From: a plasmid
Sequence record: NZ_LT960778.1
Strand: one strand, 5' to 3'
DNA length: 31,701 nt
Shown: piece after piece, positions 10,214 through 19,567 of the stretch
How positions within the stretch are numbered: position 1 is the stretch's first letter
Layout: each line of letters begins with the position of its first letter
The notes under the pieces: generated by a model
The model's input: only the letters and a program-made list of their open reading frames with translations
Databases searched by the model: none
Told to the model about the DNA's origin: nothing
Made by a program: the position numbers and the translations under genes

Positions 10214-10346
10214 TGGGTGAGTGACTTGCTGCTGGGTGGGGGACTTTTTTGGAATGTGTATAGTTAAGCAGTTATGCTATTTTGAGCACCCTTCGGCTTC
10301 TGAAATACGCTCCGACGACCCTGACCCCGGCCACATAAGACAAAAA

Positions 10347-10385
10347 ATCCAGTAACGAACAAAAACCGTTCGCTACTGGATTTTC
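10347..10385 (+). terminator. Rho-independent terminator downstream of corA, embedded in a longer inverted repeat
   Basis: ATCCAGTAACGAAC-AAAAACC-GTTCGCTACTGGAT followed by TTTT. An outer imperfect IR TGACCCCGGCCACATAAG...CTTATGCTCTGGGGTCA lies around it. Confidence 0.6.
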
Positions 10386-10503
10386 TGCCTTATGCTCTGG
10401 GGTCAACCCGGGTCTTGTCGCGCTCTTATTTTTTACCATTTCTTTACCCAATCAATACCAAGCAAAAACATTACCCTTCTATACTAAAAGTGTTAGAAGC
10501 TGT

Positions 10504-10800
10504 CTAAAATCTCTTAAGTAATAGTGCTAAAAACGCTAAAACGACCATTTGCAGACTGGTGGTTAATTGACGCTCACAATTTTTCCAAAGTCGCCGACAA
10601 TTCTCTAGCCAACTAAAAGATCGTTCGACTACCCAACGTTGGGGCATGACTTCGAATCGATGCAACTCATTGCGCTTCGCAACCTGCACGGTTGCGTTTA
10701 AATTACTGGCAACATCGAGCTGAAAATTAACGCCTGAATAACCACCATCAACTAAGACATTTTGAACCTGGCGTAAATGCATGGCATGTAAAGCGATCAT
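10504..10800 (-). pseudogene. C-terminal fragment of an IS5-family DDE transposase
   Basis: RWVVERSFSWLENCRRLWKNCERQL is the characteristic IS5-family C-terminal motif. It has no N-terminal half or intact start. Confidence 0.6.
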
Positions 10801-10995
10801 TGCACTGGCCCCCGTCTCGATCAGAGACGTTCGCTCGCGTCATGTGAATGGCCTGCGGAAAGCCATTGATATCAACTGCCAGATGGCGCTTAATCCCCGA
10901 GATTTTTTTACCAGCGTCGTAACCTTTTGTTGTTGCTCGTTGTACTTGGATGTCTTAACAAAAAGTATAAACTGTAATTATTAGTAAGTATATTA

Positions 10996-11030
10996 GGCCA
11001 CTAGGGTATACCCTAGTGGCCTTTTTTATT
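10996..11030 (+). terminator. Perfect 26-bp palindrome GGCCACTAGGGTATACCCTAGTGGCC followed by TTTTTT
   Basis: Seen directly. It sits between the IS5 remnant and the resolvase gene. Confidence 0.5.
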
Positions 11031-11089
11031 TCTGTGCTATACTAGGAATTACAAGTGTTCATTAGAACTGTCCAAAAGGAGAATTGGAA

Positions 11090-11677
11090 ATGGCTAAAAT
11101 CGGTTATGCGCGTGTGAGTTCCAAGGAGCAACATTTAGATCGACAGTTAGCGGCTTTAAAAGACGTTGATAAATTATTTACGGATAAATTAAGTGGGGCT
11201 AACACTAATCGGCCAGAACTGCAAAAAATGCTGGCCTATATTCGTGAGGGTGATATTGTAATGGTCACTGAATTAGATCGCTTAGGCAGAAACAACCATG
11301 ATTTGACTAAGATCATGAACTCCATTCAAAATAAGGGTGCCACCCTAGATGTGTTAAATTTGCCGTCCATGACAGGGATTGCTGACCCAAATTTACGTCA
11401 ACTGATGACCAACTTGATTATTGAACTCTATAAGTATCAGGCCGAAAGTGAACGTAAGCGAATCATTGAGCGCCAGCAACAAGGGATTGCCTTAGCTAAG
11501 CAGCAGGGTAAATATCATGGGCGCAAACCCCAATATGCCAAAGATGATCCCCGTTTGCAACATGCTTTTAAGCTTTATCGAGCTGGCATGAGTGACATTG
11601 ATGTGTCCCGAAATACAGGTATTAAACGGACGACCTTTATTCGATACCGTGTGAAATACGGTATTAAAAGAAAATAG
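11090..11677 (+). CDS. Serine recombinase (resolvase/invertase family)
   Basis: MAKIGYARVSSKEQHLDRQ carries the catalytic Ser motif of small serine recombinases. There is a C-terminal HTH, and SD AAAGGAG lies 8 nt upstream of this ATG. Confidence 0.85.
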   Translation: MAKIGYARVSSKEQHLDRQLAALKDVDKLFTDKLSGANTNRPELQKMLAYIREGDIVMVTELDRLGRNNHDLTKIMNSIQNKGATLDVLNLPSMTGIADPNLRQLMTNLIIELYKYQAESERKRIIERQQQGIALAKQQGKYHGRKPQYAKDDPRLQHAFKLYRAGMSDIDVSRNTGIKRTTFIRYRVKYGIKRK

Positions 11678-11812
11678 GGACCCTATTTTCTTTATTTATA
11701 GTTTTGGAGGGTGTTTACTAAAGTTTTTTTCTTGGAATCTGATTCCGTGTTTATTAAACCATCGACGAGATGTCATACAAGAATGACACCCTGACTGTGT
11801 ATACATCATGAT

Positions 11813-11826
11813 CATTTTACAATCTA
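11813..11826. mobile_element. Solo 14-bp remnant of an IS30-family terminal inverted repeat (TTTTACAATCTACC)
   Basis: Exact match to the terminal 14 bp of the IS30-derived elements at 15717, 21501 and 23876. It lies about 210 bp upstream of clpL. Confidence 0.4.
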
Positions 11827-12035
11827 CCTAGTTACATATTATATTTTGATATACTAATTAACGGCAATTTATCCTGAAAGGGTTTGTTGTAATGGTATTT
11901 CAAAGTATCTCGTTTAATACACCGATAAGCACTTTACTTAATGATACATAAAAATCGTGATACAATTAGATGAAGTTTTAAAGGATATTATGGTCACTAA
12001 GTTACACGTGTAAATTTTTATGGAGGTGTTGTACT

Positions 12036-14150
12036 ATGGCGAATTTCTACGAAAATGATCCTTTTTTCAACAATGATATGGATGATGTTTTCAATCAATT
12101 ATTTCGGCACATGGATAATCAAAATTCGGAGGGTGCACGGTACTTAGTTAATGGAAAATCGTTGACACCAGATGAGTTTGCTCAATACCGAGCAACTGGT
12201 AAGCTACCCCAAAATAATAAAACAATAGAAGTATCTAAAGATGGTAAACAGGCTTTTAAAAAAGGAGGGATTTTAGAAAAGTTAGGGACTAATTTGACGG
12301 AACAGGCTCGTGATGGATTACTAGATCCAGTGATTGGACGTGAGAATGAGATTCAAGAAACTGCAGAAATTTTGAGTCGTAGAACGAAAAATAATCCAAT
12401 CTTAGTTGGTGATGCCGGTGTAGGTAAAACTGCAGTCGTCGAAGGTCTGGCACAAGCAATTGTGGCTGGTAAAGTTCCAGAAACGATTCAAGATAAAGAA
12501 ATCTATTCGATTGATTTATCGTCTTTGGAAGCAGGAACTCAATATCGCGGTTCTTTTGAAGAGAATATTAAACAGCTGGTAAAGGAAGTTAAAGCAGCTG
12601 GTAATATTATTCTATTCTTCGATGAAATTCATCAGATTATCGGCACGGGTGCCACTGGTGGTGAAGACGGTGGCAAGGGATTGGCTGATATCATTAAACC
12701 TGCTTTGTCACGTGGCGAGCTGACTGTAATCGGGGCTACGACTCAAGATGAATATCGCAATACTATTTTGAAAAATGCGGCTTTGGCACGGCGATTCAAT
12801 GATGTTGTGATTAATGAACCGACGGCCACTGACACTTTACGTATATTACAAGGTGTTAAAAAGCTGTACGAAAAACATCATCATGTTGTATTACCAGATG
12901 ATGTTTTGAAGGCGGCTGTGGATTATTCAATCCAATATATACCACAACGCACTTTGCCAGATAAAGCTATCGATTTGATCGACATGACTGCGGCTCATTT
13001 AGCGGCTAAAAATTCTCAAACTGATGTTGAGACATTGGATCAACGCGTTAAAAAATTAGAGGCAGCTAAGGAGGCCGCCGTTAAATCGGAGGACTTTAAA
13101 AAAGCCGATGATATCAAGAAGTCGATCGAGGAAACCAAGCAAAAAATTAAAGAAACGGATCAAAAAGAAAAAATCACTGCCACGATTGATGATGTGGCAC
13201 AATCGGTTGAACGTTTAACTGGTATACCAGTTTCTGATATGGGCGCTAATGATATTGAGCATTTGAAAAATCTTGATAAGCGTCTGAAAAGTAAGGTAAT
13301 CGGTCAAGATGAAGCGGTTGAAATGGTAGCAAAAGCAATTCGGCGTAACCGTGCGGGCTTTTCAGAGGGTGATCAGCCGATTGGAAGTTTTCTGTTTGTG
13401 GGCCCAACTGGCGTAGGAAAGACTGAATTAGCTAAGCAATTAGCCTTAGATATGTTTGGAAATGAAAATGCGATTATTCGGCTAGATATGAGTGAATATG
13501 CTGATCGTACAGCTGTGTCGAAATTAATTGGTACCTCGGCTGGATACGTAGGCTATGAAGATAATGCTAATACTCTAACTGAACGGGTTCGGCGTAATCC
13601 ATATTCCATTGTATTATTAGATGAAATTGAAAAGGCTGATCCACAAGTATTAACGTTACTATTACAAGTGATGGATGATGGGCGCTTAACGGATGGACAA
13701 GGCAATGTCATTAATTTCAAAAATACGATTATTATTGCTACTTCTAATGCTGGCTTTGGTAATGAAGCATTAAGTGGTGACAAGCAACGAGATCAGTCAT
13801 TAATGGATAAGTTAGCACCATTTTTCCGCCCAGAATTTCTGAACCGTTTTAATGGAATCGTGGAATTTTCACATCTGACTAAGCAAGACTTAAGTCAAAT
13901 TGTTGATTTGATGTTGGCGGATGTACAAAAAACGTTAGCCAAAAAATCCATCAAACTTGAGGTAACTAAAGCGGCCAAAGATTGGCTGATGGAACAAGGC
14001 TATGATGAAGCAATGGGTGCGCGGCCATTACGGCGAGTAATTGAACAACAAATTCGTGATAAGGTAACGGATTTCTACCTTGACCACTTAGATGTCAAAA
14101 ACTTGAAGGCTGATTTAGTGGATGGTGAGATTGTGATATCGGCAGCTTAG
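12036..14150 (+). CDS. clpL: ATP-dependent Clp protease ATP-binding subunit ClpL
   Basis: N-terminus [29 protein letters not shown] is typical of lactobacillus ClpL. It has two AAA+ modules (GDAGVGKTA and [12 protein letters not shown]) and is 704 aa. Confidence 0.9.
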   Translation: MANFYENDPFFNNDMDDVFNQLFRHMDNQNSEGARYLVNGKSLTPDEFAQYRATGKLPQNNKTIEVSKDGKQAFKKGGILEKLGTNLTEQARDGLLDPVIGRENEIQETAEILSRRTKNNPILVGDAGVGKTAVVEGLAQAIVAGKVPETIQDKEIYSIDLSSLEAGTQYRGSFEENIKQLVKEVKAAGNIILFFDEIHQIIGTGATGGEDGGKGLADIIKPALSRGELTVIGATTQDEYRNTILKNAALARRFNDVVINEPTATDTLRILQGVKKLYEKHHHVVLPDDVLKAAVDYSIQYIPQRTLPDKAIDLIDMTAAHLAAKNSQTDVETLDQRVKKLEAAKEAAVKSEDFKKADDIKKSIEETKQKIKETDQKEKITATIDDVAQSVERLTGIPVSDMGANDIEHLKNLDKRLKSKVIGQDEAVEMVAKAIRRNRAGFSEGDQPIGSFLFVGPTGVGKTELAKQLALDMFGNENAIIRLDMSEYADRTAVSKLIGTSAGYVGYEDNANTLTERVRRNPYSIVLLDEIEKADPQVLTLLLQVMDDGRLTDGQGNVINFKNTIIIATSNAGFGNEALSGDKQRDQSLMDKLAPFFRPEFLNRFNGIVEFSHLTKQDLSQIVDLMLADVQKTLAKKSIKLEVTKAAKDWLMEQGYDEAMGARPLRRVIEQQIRDKVTDFYLDHLDVKNLKADLVDGEIVISAA

Positions 14151-14198
14151 CTTAAATCAGTGTTCATAAATAACTTTATGTAAGAGGAGATTTATTGG

Positions 14199-14229
14199 GA
14201 AGGAGATCGCTTGATAGATCTCCTTTTTT
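14199..14229 (+). terminator. Rho-independent terminator of clpL
   Basis: GGAGATC-GCTTGATA-GATCTCC followed by TTTTTTC. Confidence 0.7.
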
Positions 14230-14256
14230 CGTTGATTTTCACCATTTGATATTAAT

Positions 14257-15074
14257 GGTTCTGGTGCAAATTTTCCTCGCTGACTTGATTTTAGTATACT
14301 GGGTGCCAAGAAACGAGGGATTGCGCGCATGAATCACTTTAAGGGACGCCACTTTCAAAAGGACATCATCTTAGTAGCCGTTGGCTACTATTTCAGATTC
14401 AGTCTCAGCTATCGTGACATCGTTGAATTGCTTCGGGATCGGGGTATCACTGTTCATCACACCACGGTCATGCGTTGGGTTCATCACTATGGCCCCATCT
14501 TTAAGGCTCTATGGCGTCGGCATCAAACAGCTCACGCTAAAAGTTGGCGAATCGATGAGACCTATATTCGAGTTAAAGGCCGTTGGGCCTATTTGTATCG
14601 CGCTATTGACAGTAACGGTTTGACCATGGATTTTGAGCTACGAAAACACCGCGATTATACCGCATCCTATCACTTTTTGAAGCGTCTCTTGACGACCAAT
14701 GGTCGGCCTGATCGATTAGTCACTGATCAATATCGGGCAACACTGAAAGCAGTGAAGCACCTGATAAAGCAAGACTATTTGAGCAAATCAGCCCACCAAT
14801 GTTCCAAATATCGAAATAATTTGATTGAACAGGACCACCGATTCATTAAACGTCATCGTGTCCGCTCAGCAAGCTTTCAAAGCATTCGAACCGCTAGTGC
14901 AACGTTGAGCGGTGTGGAAATTGTTCACGCAATACGCAAAAGAACCCGACGAGAGTTAAGTCTCATCGGGTTCTCAGTCGTGGACGAATTAGAAGCATTG
15001 TTAGCTGCATAACCTTCAACATAGGATCAATAGCTGGTTAGATGGTCATCTCTCACACTGTTTGCACCAGATCC
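14257..15074 (+). mobile_element. IS6-family insertion sequence (IS1216/ISS1-like), about 818 bp
   Basis: The terminal inverted repeats GGTTCTGGTGCAAA (14257) and GGATCTGGTGCAAA (reverse complement at 15061-15074) flank a 227-aa transposase. The flanking 8-mers differ (ATATTAAT vs CTTTTAAC), so there is no target-site duplication. Confidence 0.85.
14329..15012 (+). CDS. IS6-family transposase
   Basis: MNHFKGRHFQKDIILVAVGYYFRFSLSYRDIVELLRDRGI...DETYIRVKGRWAYLYRAID is the canonical IS6/IS26/IS1216 transposase. Confidence 0.9.
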   Translation: MNHFKGRHFQKDIILVAVGYYFRFSLSYRDIVELLRDRGITVHHTTVMRWVHHYGPIFKALWRRHQTAHAKSWRIDETYIRVKGRWAYLYRAIDSNGLTMDFELRKHRDYTASYHFLKRLLTTNGRPDRLVTDQYRATLKAVKHLIKQDYLSKSAHQCSKYRNNLIEQDHRFIKRHRVRSASFQSIRTASATLSGVEIVHAIRKRTRRELSLIGFSVVDELEALLAA

Positions 15075-15198
15075 CTTTTAACCACTCTTTCATTTCAACA
15101 ATATTTAAATCATCAGTAATTATTAATAATCTTTGTAAAGTTTCTTCAACAGTAATTTGATTTGTCGCTACATCTTTGATAAGTTGACTTTTTGCCAT
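15075..15198 (-). pseudogene. 5' part of an unknown gene (MAKSQLIKDVATNQITVEETLQRLLIITDDLNIVEMKEWLKG...) truncated by the IS6 insertion
   Basis: ATG with SD AAAGGGGATTATTATG. The reading frame runs into the IS6 right inverted repeat after about 42 codons. It lies immediately downstream of the HEPN-motif gene. Confidence 0.35.
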
Positions 15199-15216
15199 AA
15201 TAATCCCCTTTTTAAA

Positions 15217-15642
15217 CTAATATCCTCTTAATTTATGAAGCATCTCTGAAAGCTCTTCATTTTCTTTAATGAATTGATATAAATAGTCTTCCGTAATAAC
15301 AAATTGAACATGATTTCTATCTTTAGATGCTAATCTTTGCTCTCCGTCTATATCAGTAATTTGAAAACTATGAACTATTCTATTTCTCTTCTCAACTAAT
15401 TCCTCAAATTTTTCCATAATTTTCAGATTAGAGGCTTTCTTTATTTCTGATTGAACTGAATTTTTTAATCGTCCAGATGTCATATCAATTAATGAATACC
15501 AATCAAAACTATTACTAGTTTCAATTTTTAGGTAGTTTTCTATCATAAATGAATTATTCGAATTAAATACAGTAATTGAGCTACCTAACAACTCTCTATA
15601 TTTTTTCGAAGGTAACGACTGTCTAGTATACTTTTCGTACAT
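15217..15642 (-). CDS. Hypothetical protein with an HEPN-like Rx4H motif (KRNRIVHS). Possible abortive-infection or toxin component.
   Basis: 141-aa ORF. R-N-R-I-V-H fits the HEPN Rx4-6H signature. It is in an operon with the IS-truncated downstream gene. Confidence 0.35.
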   Translation of the reverse strand: MYEKYTRQSLPSKKYRELLGSSITVFNSNNSFMIENYLKIETSNSFDWYSLIDMTSGRLKNSVQSEIKKASNLKIMEKFEELVEKRNRIVHSFQITDIDGEQRLASKDRNHVQFVITEDYLYQFIKENEELSEMLHKLRGY

Positions 15643-15716
15643 ACAATAATCAACTCCTAATTTTCTTTAAAAATATTCTATATTATTGTTTTATTTAATA
15701 TTACGTTTAGACAAAT

Positions 15717-16058
15717 GGTAGATTGCAAATTTAATCCGAATTTTTGACAAATTATTCAGCATTACTTGGTAAGATGTTTGCCAGTTGAGTACTTTCAGCG
15801 GCCTTTGGTTAATTTATCCTGATAAGGTTGACATCGAGATAATTCATAAGAAATTGTTGACGGTGATCGGTTCAGCCGAACGCCCATTTGGATATTGGAC
15901 AGCCCTAGTTCACAAAAGGTTTCGATTTTAATTCGTTCGGAATAGGTTATACTAGACAAAAGATCAGCTCCTAAAAGATGGGTTTGTGGTAAACACCATT
16001 TTAAAGGAAGCTGATCTTTTTTGTCCGAACAGCGTTCGGATTAATTTTACAATCTACC
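15717..16058 (-). mobile_element. Miniature IS30-derived element of about 342 bp (MITE-like), made of an IS30 right end of about 100 bp fused to a left end of about 245 bp, in inverted orientation
   Basis: It starts with GGTAGATTGCAAATTTAATCCGAAT, the reverse complement of the right IR at 22518-22542. It ends with GTTCGGATTAATTTTACAATCTACC, the reverse complement of the left IR at 21501. Its internal sequence is about 85-95% identical to both ends of the element at 21501-22542. Confidence 0.7.
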
Positions 16059-16745
16059 GAAACATAATGAGCATCTATTAGATAAATCGTATTTCGAAAA
16101 AGTCGCTGCACTTTTTAATAAAGGACAGTCTGATCCCCTGCTAGGTGAGGCCATGTGAACATGGAATAATCTTCAGGAAGGTTTCACAGCCAATGAGCGC
16201 CTTCCAGACACGCTCGTTGATATTGCTGTTTGGCCCGTTTTTAATCGCGCTCCTCAGCTATATCGCCAAGCACCACAAATAAAAACCCGCCCTGCGTAAC
16301 TTTGGTCGGTTACAAGGCGACAATGTATTTTGTAATCTAGACCACCGCCTTTAAAGCGGCTTGTCTGAGAAGCTCCGTTCACGCAGGGCTTCTTTTTCTT
16401 CCCCGCATTATAGCATGCCTTTAATTATCCTTCGACTATTTTAAATTAACTTTCTAATAGTTCTAGGGGACGCGCGTTTTTTTGTACTAAAACAAAGGTA
16501 AAAACTAGTAGACATAATCAAAATATTTTTTGATCATGAACCGTACAGTGTGCTCTTCTCAATTGATAACAAGGCCTTTGGTGCAAACTGTGAGCTGGGT
16601 CCTGGGAGCTTGCTTCCATTCATTAAAAGTCCCGTTTATCGTCTCTTAGTGCAGCTTAAAATACCAACGGTGGGCCCATTTTAGCCACCTCGCATGAATC
16701 TTTATATTCAACACAATTTGTAGATCAATCAGATCGTCCACCGAT

Positions 16746-16775
16746 TTGCATAGACACCGCATATAGTGATACAAT
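16746..16775 (+). promoter_or_regulatory. Candidate sigma-A promoter of the nrd operon (TTGCAT, 18-nt spacer, extended -10 TGaTACAAT)
   Basis: Seen directly. It overlaps the first NrdR-box-like palindrome. Confidence 0.45.
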
Positions 16776-16800
16776 GATTGCCTAACCACTATATATAGAA
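16754..16800 (+). promoter_or_regulatory. Two tandem NrdR-box-like 16-bp palindromes, ACACCGCATATAGTGA and ACCACTATATATAGAA, starting 31 bp apart
   Basis: They match the NrdR operator consensus acaCwAtATaTwGtgt, with the right half perfect in box 1 and the left half perfect in box 2. The roughly 31-bp phasing and the overlap with the promoter are typical of NrdR regulons. Confidence 0.5.
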
Positions 16801-16848
16801 AAAGGACGATGATTAGTTACGGAAACCATAAATATTCTCTACATCAGT

Positions 16849-17286
16849 TTGAGTGGCAACACAAAATATTTTATTAGCAGACTGACAACATACTTTGAAA
16901 AAGAACGTCATGTTCGGGTTAGTTCCATTAATGTTAAAGAACACCCTGAATTCACCACTCTTGACCAGCCGTTTGTTACCTTCCTACCAGCCTTCATTAA
17001 AGGTGGTAATGGGGTTAATAACGGTTATACTGAAATATTAACTACTATTTTGGGAGATTACCTCGCGTACGAAGGCAATTACCAGCATTGCTACGGTATT
17101 ATCGGTAGCGGTAATCGTAATTTTAATAAGCAGTTTGCACTCACGGCTAAACAATATGCTAAACGCTTCGATTTTCCTTACATTACCGATTTTGAGCTAC
17201 GTGGCACCGTACACGACATTCCTCGCATTGCCGATGCCATCTTAACCTATCGCGATCAATTTTGTTTTCAAACAACAAAGGAGTAA
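16849..17286 (+). CDS. nrdI: NrdI flavodoxin-like protein of class Ib RNR. The 5' end is uncertain: the ORF track starts at TTG, but the conserved beta-1 strand NILYISLSGNT is encoded in-frame upstream from 16813 without a canonical start codon.
   Basis: SGNTKYFISRL resembles the flavodoxin-like FMN loop of NrdI, and the gene lies directly upstream of nrdE. The in-frame upstream codons after the TGA at 16810 read LVTETINILYIS. Confidence 0.8.
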   Translation: MSGNTKYFISRLTTYFEKERHVRVSSINVKEHPEFTTLDQPFVTFLPAFIKGGNGVNNGYTEILTTILGDYLAYEGNYQHCYGIIGSGNRNFNKQFALTAKQYAKRFDFPYITDFELRGTVHDIPRIADAILTYRDQFCFQTTKE

Positions 17287-17292
17287 TCCCTA

Positions 17293-19461
17293 ATGATAAC
17301 TAGCACCCCAGAAATGGAAAATACCTATTTTTACTTAAATAACCTCGTAAATATCCCAAGCAACGGAGAAATTCCGCTACATTATGATCAAGAAGCCCTA
17401 AAGGCTTATTTCGAAGAGACAGTTAAACCGAAGACCAAGCAATTTGATTCGTTAAATGCCAAGTTAAATTACTTGGTTGACGAAGATTATATCGATCCAA
17501 GTATCCTGGAACAATACTCTCACAAGTTTGTGCAGTCCTTGTTCGACCAAATGAGAGACCATCACTTTCGTTTTCGCAGCTTTCTCGGTGCCTACAAGTT
17601 CTACACACAATATGCCATGAAAACTAATGATGGCCAGAAATTTTTGGAAGACTTTGTCGATCGCGTCGTCTTCAATGCCCTCTATCTCGCTAATGGTGAT
17701 GAACAACTTGCCAATGACGTTGCCGATGAATTGATTTCACAACGTTATCAGCCTGCCACCCCCACGTTTCTCAACGCGGGTAAAAAACGGCGCGGTGAAA
17801 TGGTATCATGTTTTTTAATCGATGTGGCCGACTCCATGCTCTCAATTGGACGTGGCGTTAATTCTGCCCTTCAACTATCTCGAATCGGTGGGGGCGTCGG
17901 CGTTAACCTGTCAAACTTGCGCGCCTCAGGTGATTCTATTAAGCAGATTTCCAACGCCTCGTCTGGCGTTATACCAGTGATGAAGTTACTTGAAGACTCA
18001 TTTAGCTACAGTAACCAACTTGGGCAACGGAACGGCGCCGGAGTGGTTTATCTCAACGTCTTCCATCCTGACATCTTACATTTTCTGGATACCAAAAAGG
18101 AAAATGCGGACGAAAAAATTCGGGTGAAGACCTTGTCCCTCGGTTTGATTGTTCCTGATAAATATTATGAATTACTCAAGACTAACGAACCAATGTATCT
18201 TTTTAGCCCCTATGATGTCGAACGTGAATATCGTACGCCATTTGCTTACATCGATATCACCAAAGAATATAACAACATGGTCGCTAACCCCAATATTAAG
18301 AAGTCAGTTTTTAACGCGCGGAAACTAGAACAAAAGATTTCTCAACTCCAACAAGAATCTGGTTATCCTTACATCTTGAACATTGATACGGCCAACCAAA
18401 CTAACCCTGTCGATGGCAAAATTATTATGAGTAACCTTTGTAGTGAGATCTTACAGCCTCAAGAACCGTCAAAACTTGATGACGACCTATCGTACAAGAC
18501 AATTGGCACCGATATTTCATGTAATCTCGGATCAACTAATATCATGAATATGATTGACTCGCCGGACTTCGGTCACTCAGTTGAGGTTGCTGTTCGTGCG
18601 CTCACCCTCGTAACTGACACAACCGACGTTAAGGAAGTACCGACTGTTAAACATGGTAACGAACTTTACCACACGATTGGATTAGGGGCTATGGGTCTGC
18701 ATACTGCCCTTGCACGCCACCAAATTGAGTATGGCTCACCAGAGGCCCTTGAATTTACTGATGCCTACTTCCTAGCTTTAAACTACTATTCACTCGTTAC
18801 GAGCAATCGAATTGCCCGTGAACGCCACGAAACCTTCGCTAAATTTGACCAATCAAAGTACGCTGATGGCAGTTACTTCGATCAATACTTGAACGCAGAC
18901 TTTAAATTTAAGAGTACCAAAGTTGCAAAAATCTTCAAAAATATTAAATTACCATCTGTTACAGATTGGAAGGCACTCAAGCAAGCTGTGATTACTGGCG
19001 GCCTTTATCATCGTAATAGACTCGCTGTGGCACCGAACGGGTCAATTTCGTACGTCAATGAAACAAGTGCATCACTTCATCCAATCACACAATTAGTAGA
19101 ACAACGTCAGGAAAATAAGGTAGGCTCAATCTTCTATCCAGCACCTTACCTGTCTAACGAAACTTTGCCTTACTACACACCCGCATATGATATTGATCAA
19201 CGAAAAATTATTGACACCTATGCCGTAGCTCAAAAGCACATTGATCAAGGTATGAGTCTGACACTATTTATGCGTTCAGTTTTGAAACCTGACCTTTACG
19301 AGTGGAAGGACAATAACAATTTAAAGATGACAACCCGAGACCTTAACCGGTTACGGAATTACGCCTGGACAAAAGGCATTAAGTCACTTTATTACATTCG
19401 AACGTTTACAGAAGACGATGAAATTAAAACGGCAAATGAATGTGAATCATGCATGATCTAG
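17293..19461 (+). CDS. nrdE: Ribonucleotide reductase class Ib alpha subunit NrdE
   Basis: 722 aa with the class I R1 active-site region NLCSEI. The C-terminus ends in ...CESCMI. RBS AAAGGAG. Confidence 0.9.
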   Translation: MITSTPEMENTYFYLNNLVNIPSNGEIPLHYDQEALKAYFEETVKPKTKQFDSLNAKLNYLVDEDYIDPSILEQYSHKFVQSLFDQMRDHHFRFRSFLGAYKFYTQYAMKTNDGQKFLEDFVDRVVFNALYLANGDEQLANDVADELISQRYQPATPTFLNAGKKRRGEMVSCFLIDVADSMLSIGRGVNSALQLSRIGGGVGVNLSNLRASGDSIKQISNASSGVIPVMKLLEDSFSYSNQLGQRNGAGVVYLNVFHPDILHFLDTKKENADEKIRVKTLSLGLIVPDKYYELLKTNEPMYLFSPYDVEREYRTPFAYIDITKEYNNMVANPNIKKSVFNARKLEQKISQLQQESGYPYILNIDTANQTNPVDGKIIMSNLCSEILQPQEPSKLDDDLSYKTIGTDISCNLGSTNIMNMIDSPDFGHSVEVAVRALTLVTDTTDVKEVPTVKHGNELYHTIGLGAMGLHTALARHQIEYGSPEALEFTDAYFLALNYYSLVTSNRIARERHETFAKFDQSKYADGSYFDQYLNADFKFKSTKVAKIFKNIKLPSVTDWKALKQAVITGGLYHRNRLAVAPNGSISYVNETSASLHPITQLVEQRQENKVGSIFYPAPYLSNETLPYYTPAYDIDQRKIIDTYAVAQKHIDQGMSLTLFMRSVLKPDLYEWKDNNNLKMTTRDLNRLRNYAWTKGIKSLYYIRTFTEDDEIKTANECESCMI

Positions 19462-19567
19462 GAAATTCACTTGGGGTCTTACCGTCCGTTTAACACACCG
19501 GAATACGTTATTGGGTCACAAGACCCATATACCCATGAATCCTAATTAAGGAGACGAACAAATAACG

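Noticed and set aside
11680-12035. Looked for CtsR (GGTCAAA direct repeats) or CIRCE operators upstream of clpL.
   Set aside because: No match better than half-sites was found. There is only a plausible extended -10 (TGATACAAT) promoter at about 11957.
16573-16590. GGCCTTTGGTGCAAACTG resembles the IS6-family terminal repeat GGTTCTGGTGCAAA. It might be a solo IS6 end upstream of the nrd operon.
   Set aside because: It matches only 10 of 14 positions and needs an indel. No second end or transposase remnant lies nearby.
19462-19567. A stem-loop (TGGGTC-ACAA-GACCCA) lies between nrdE and nrdF'.
   Set aside because: Short intercistronic hairpins are common, and there is no T-run or conserved structure to suggest a distinct regulatory element.
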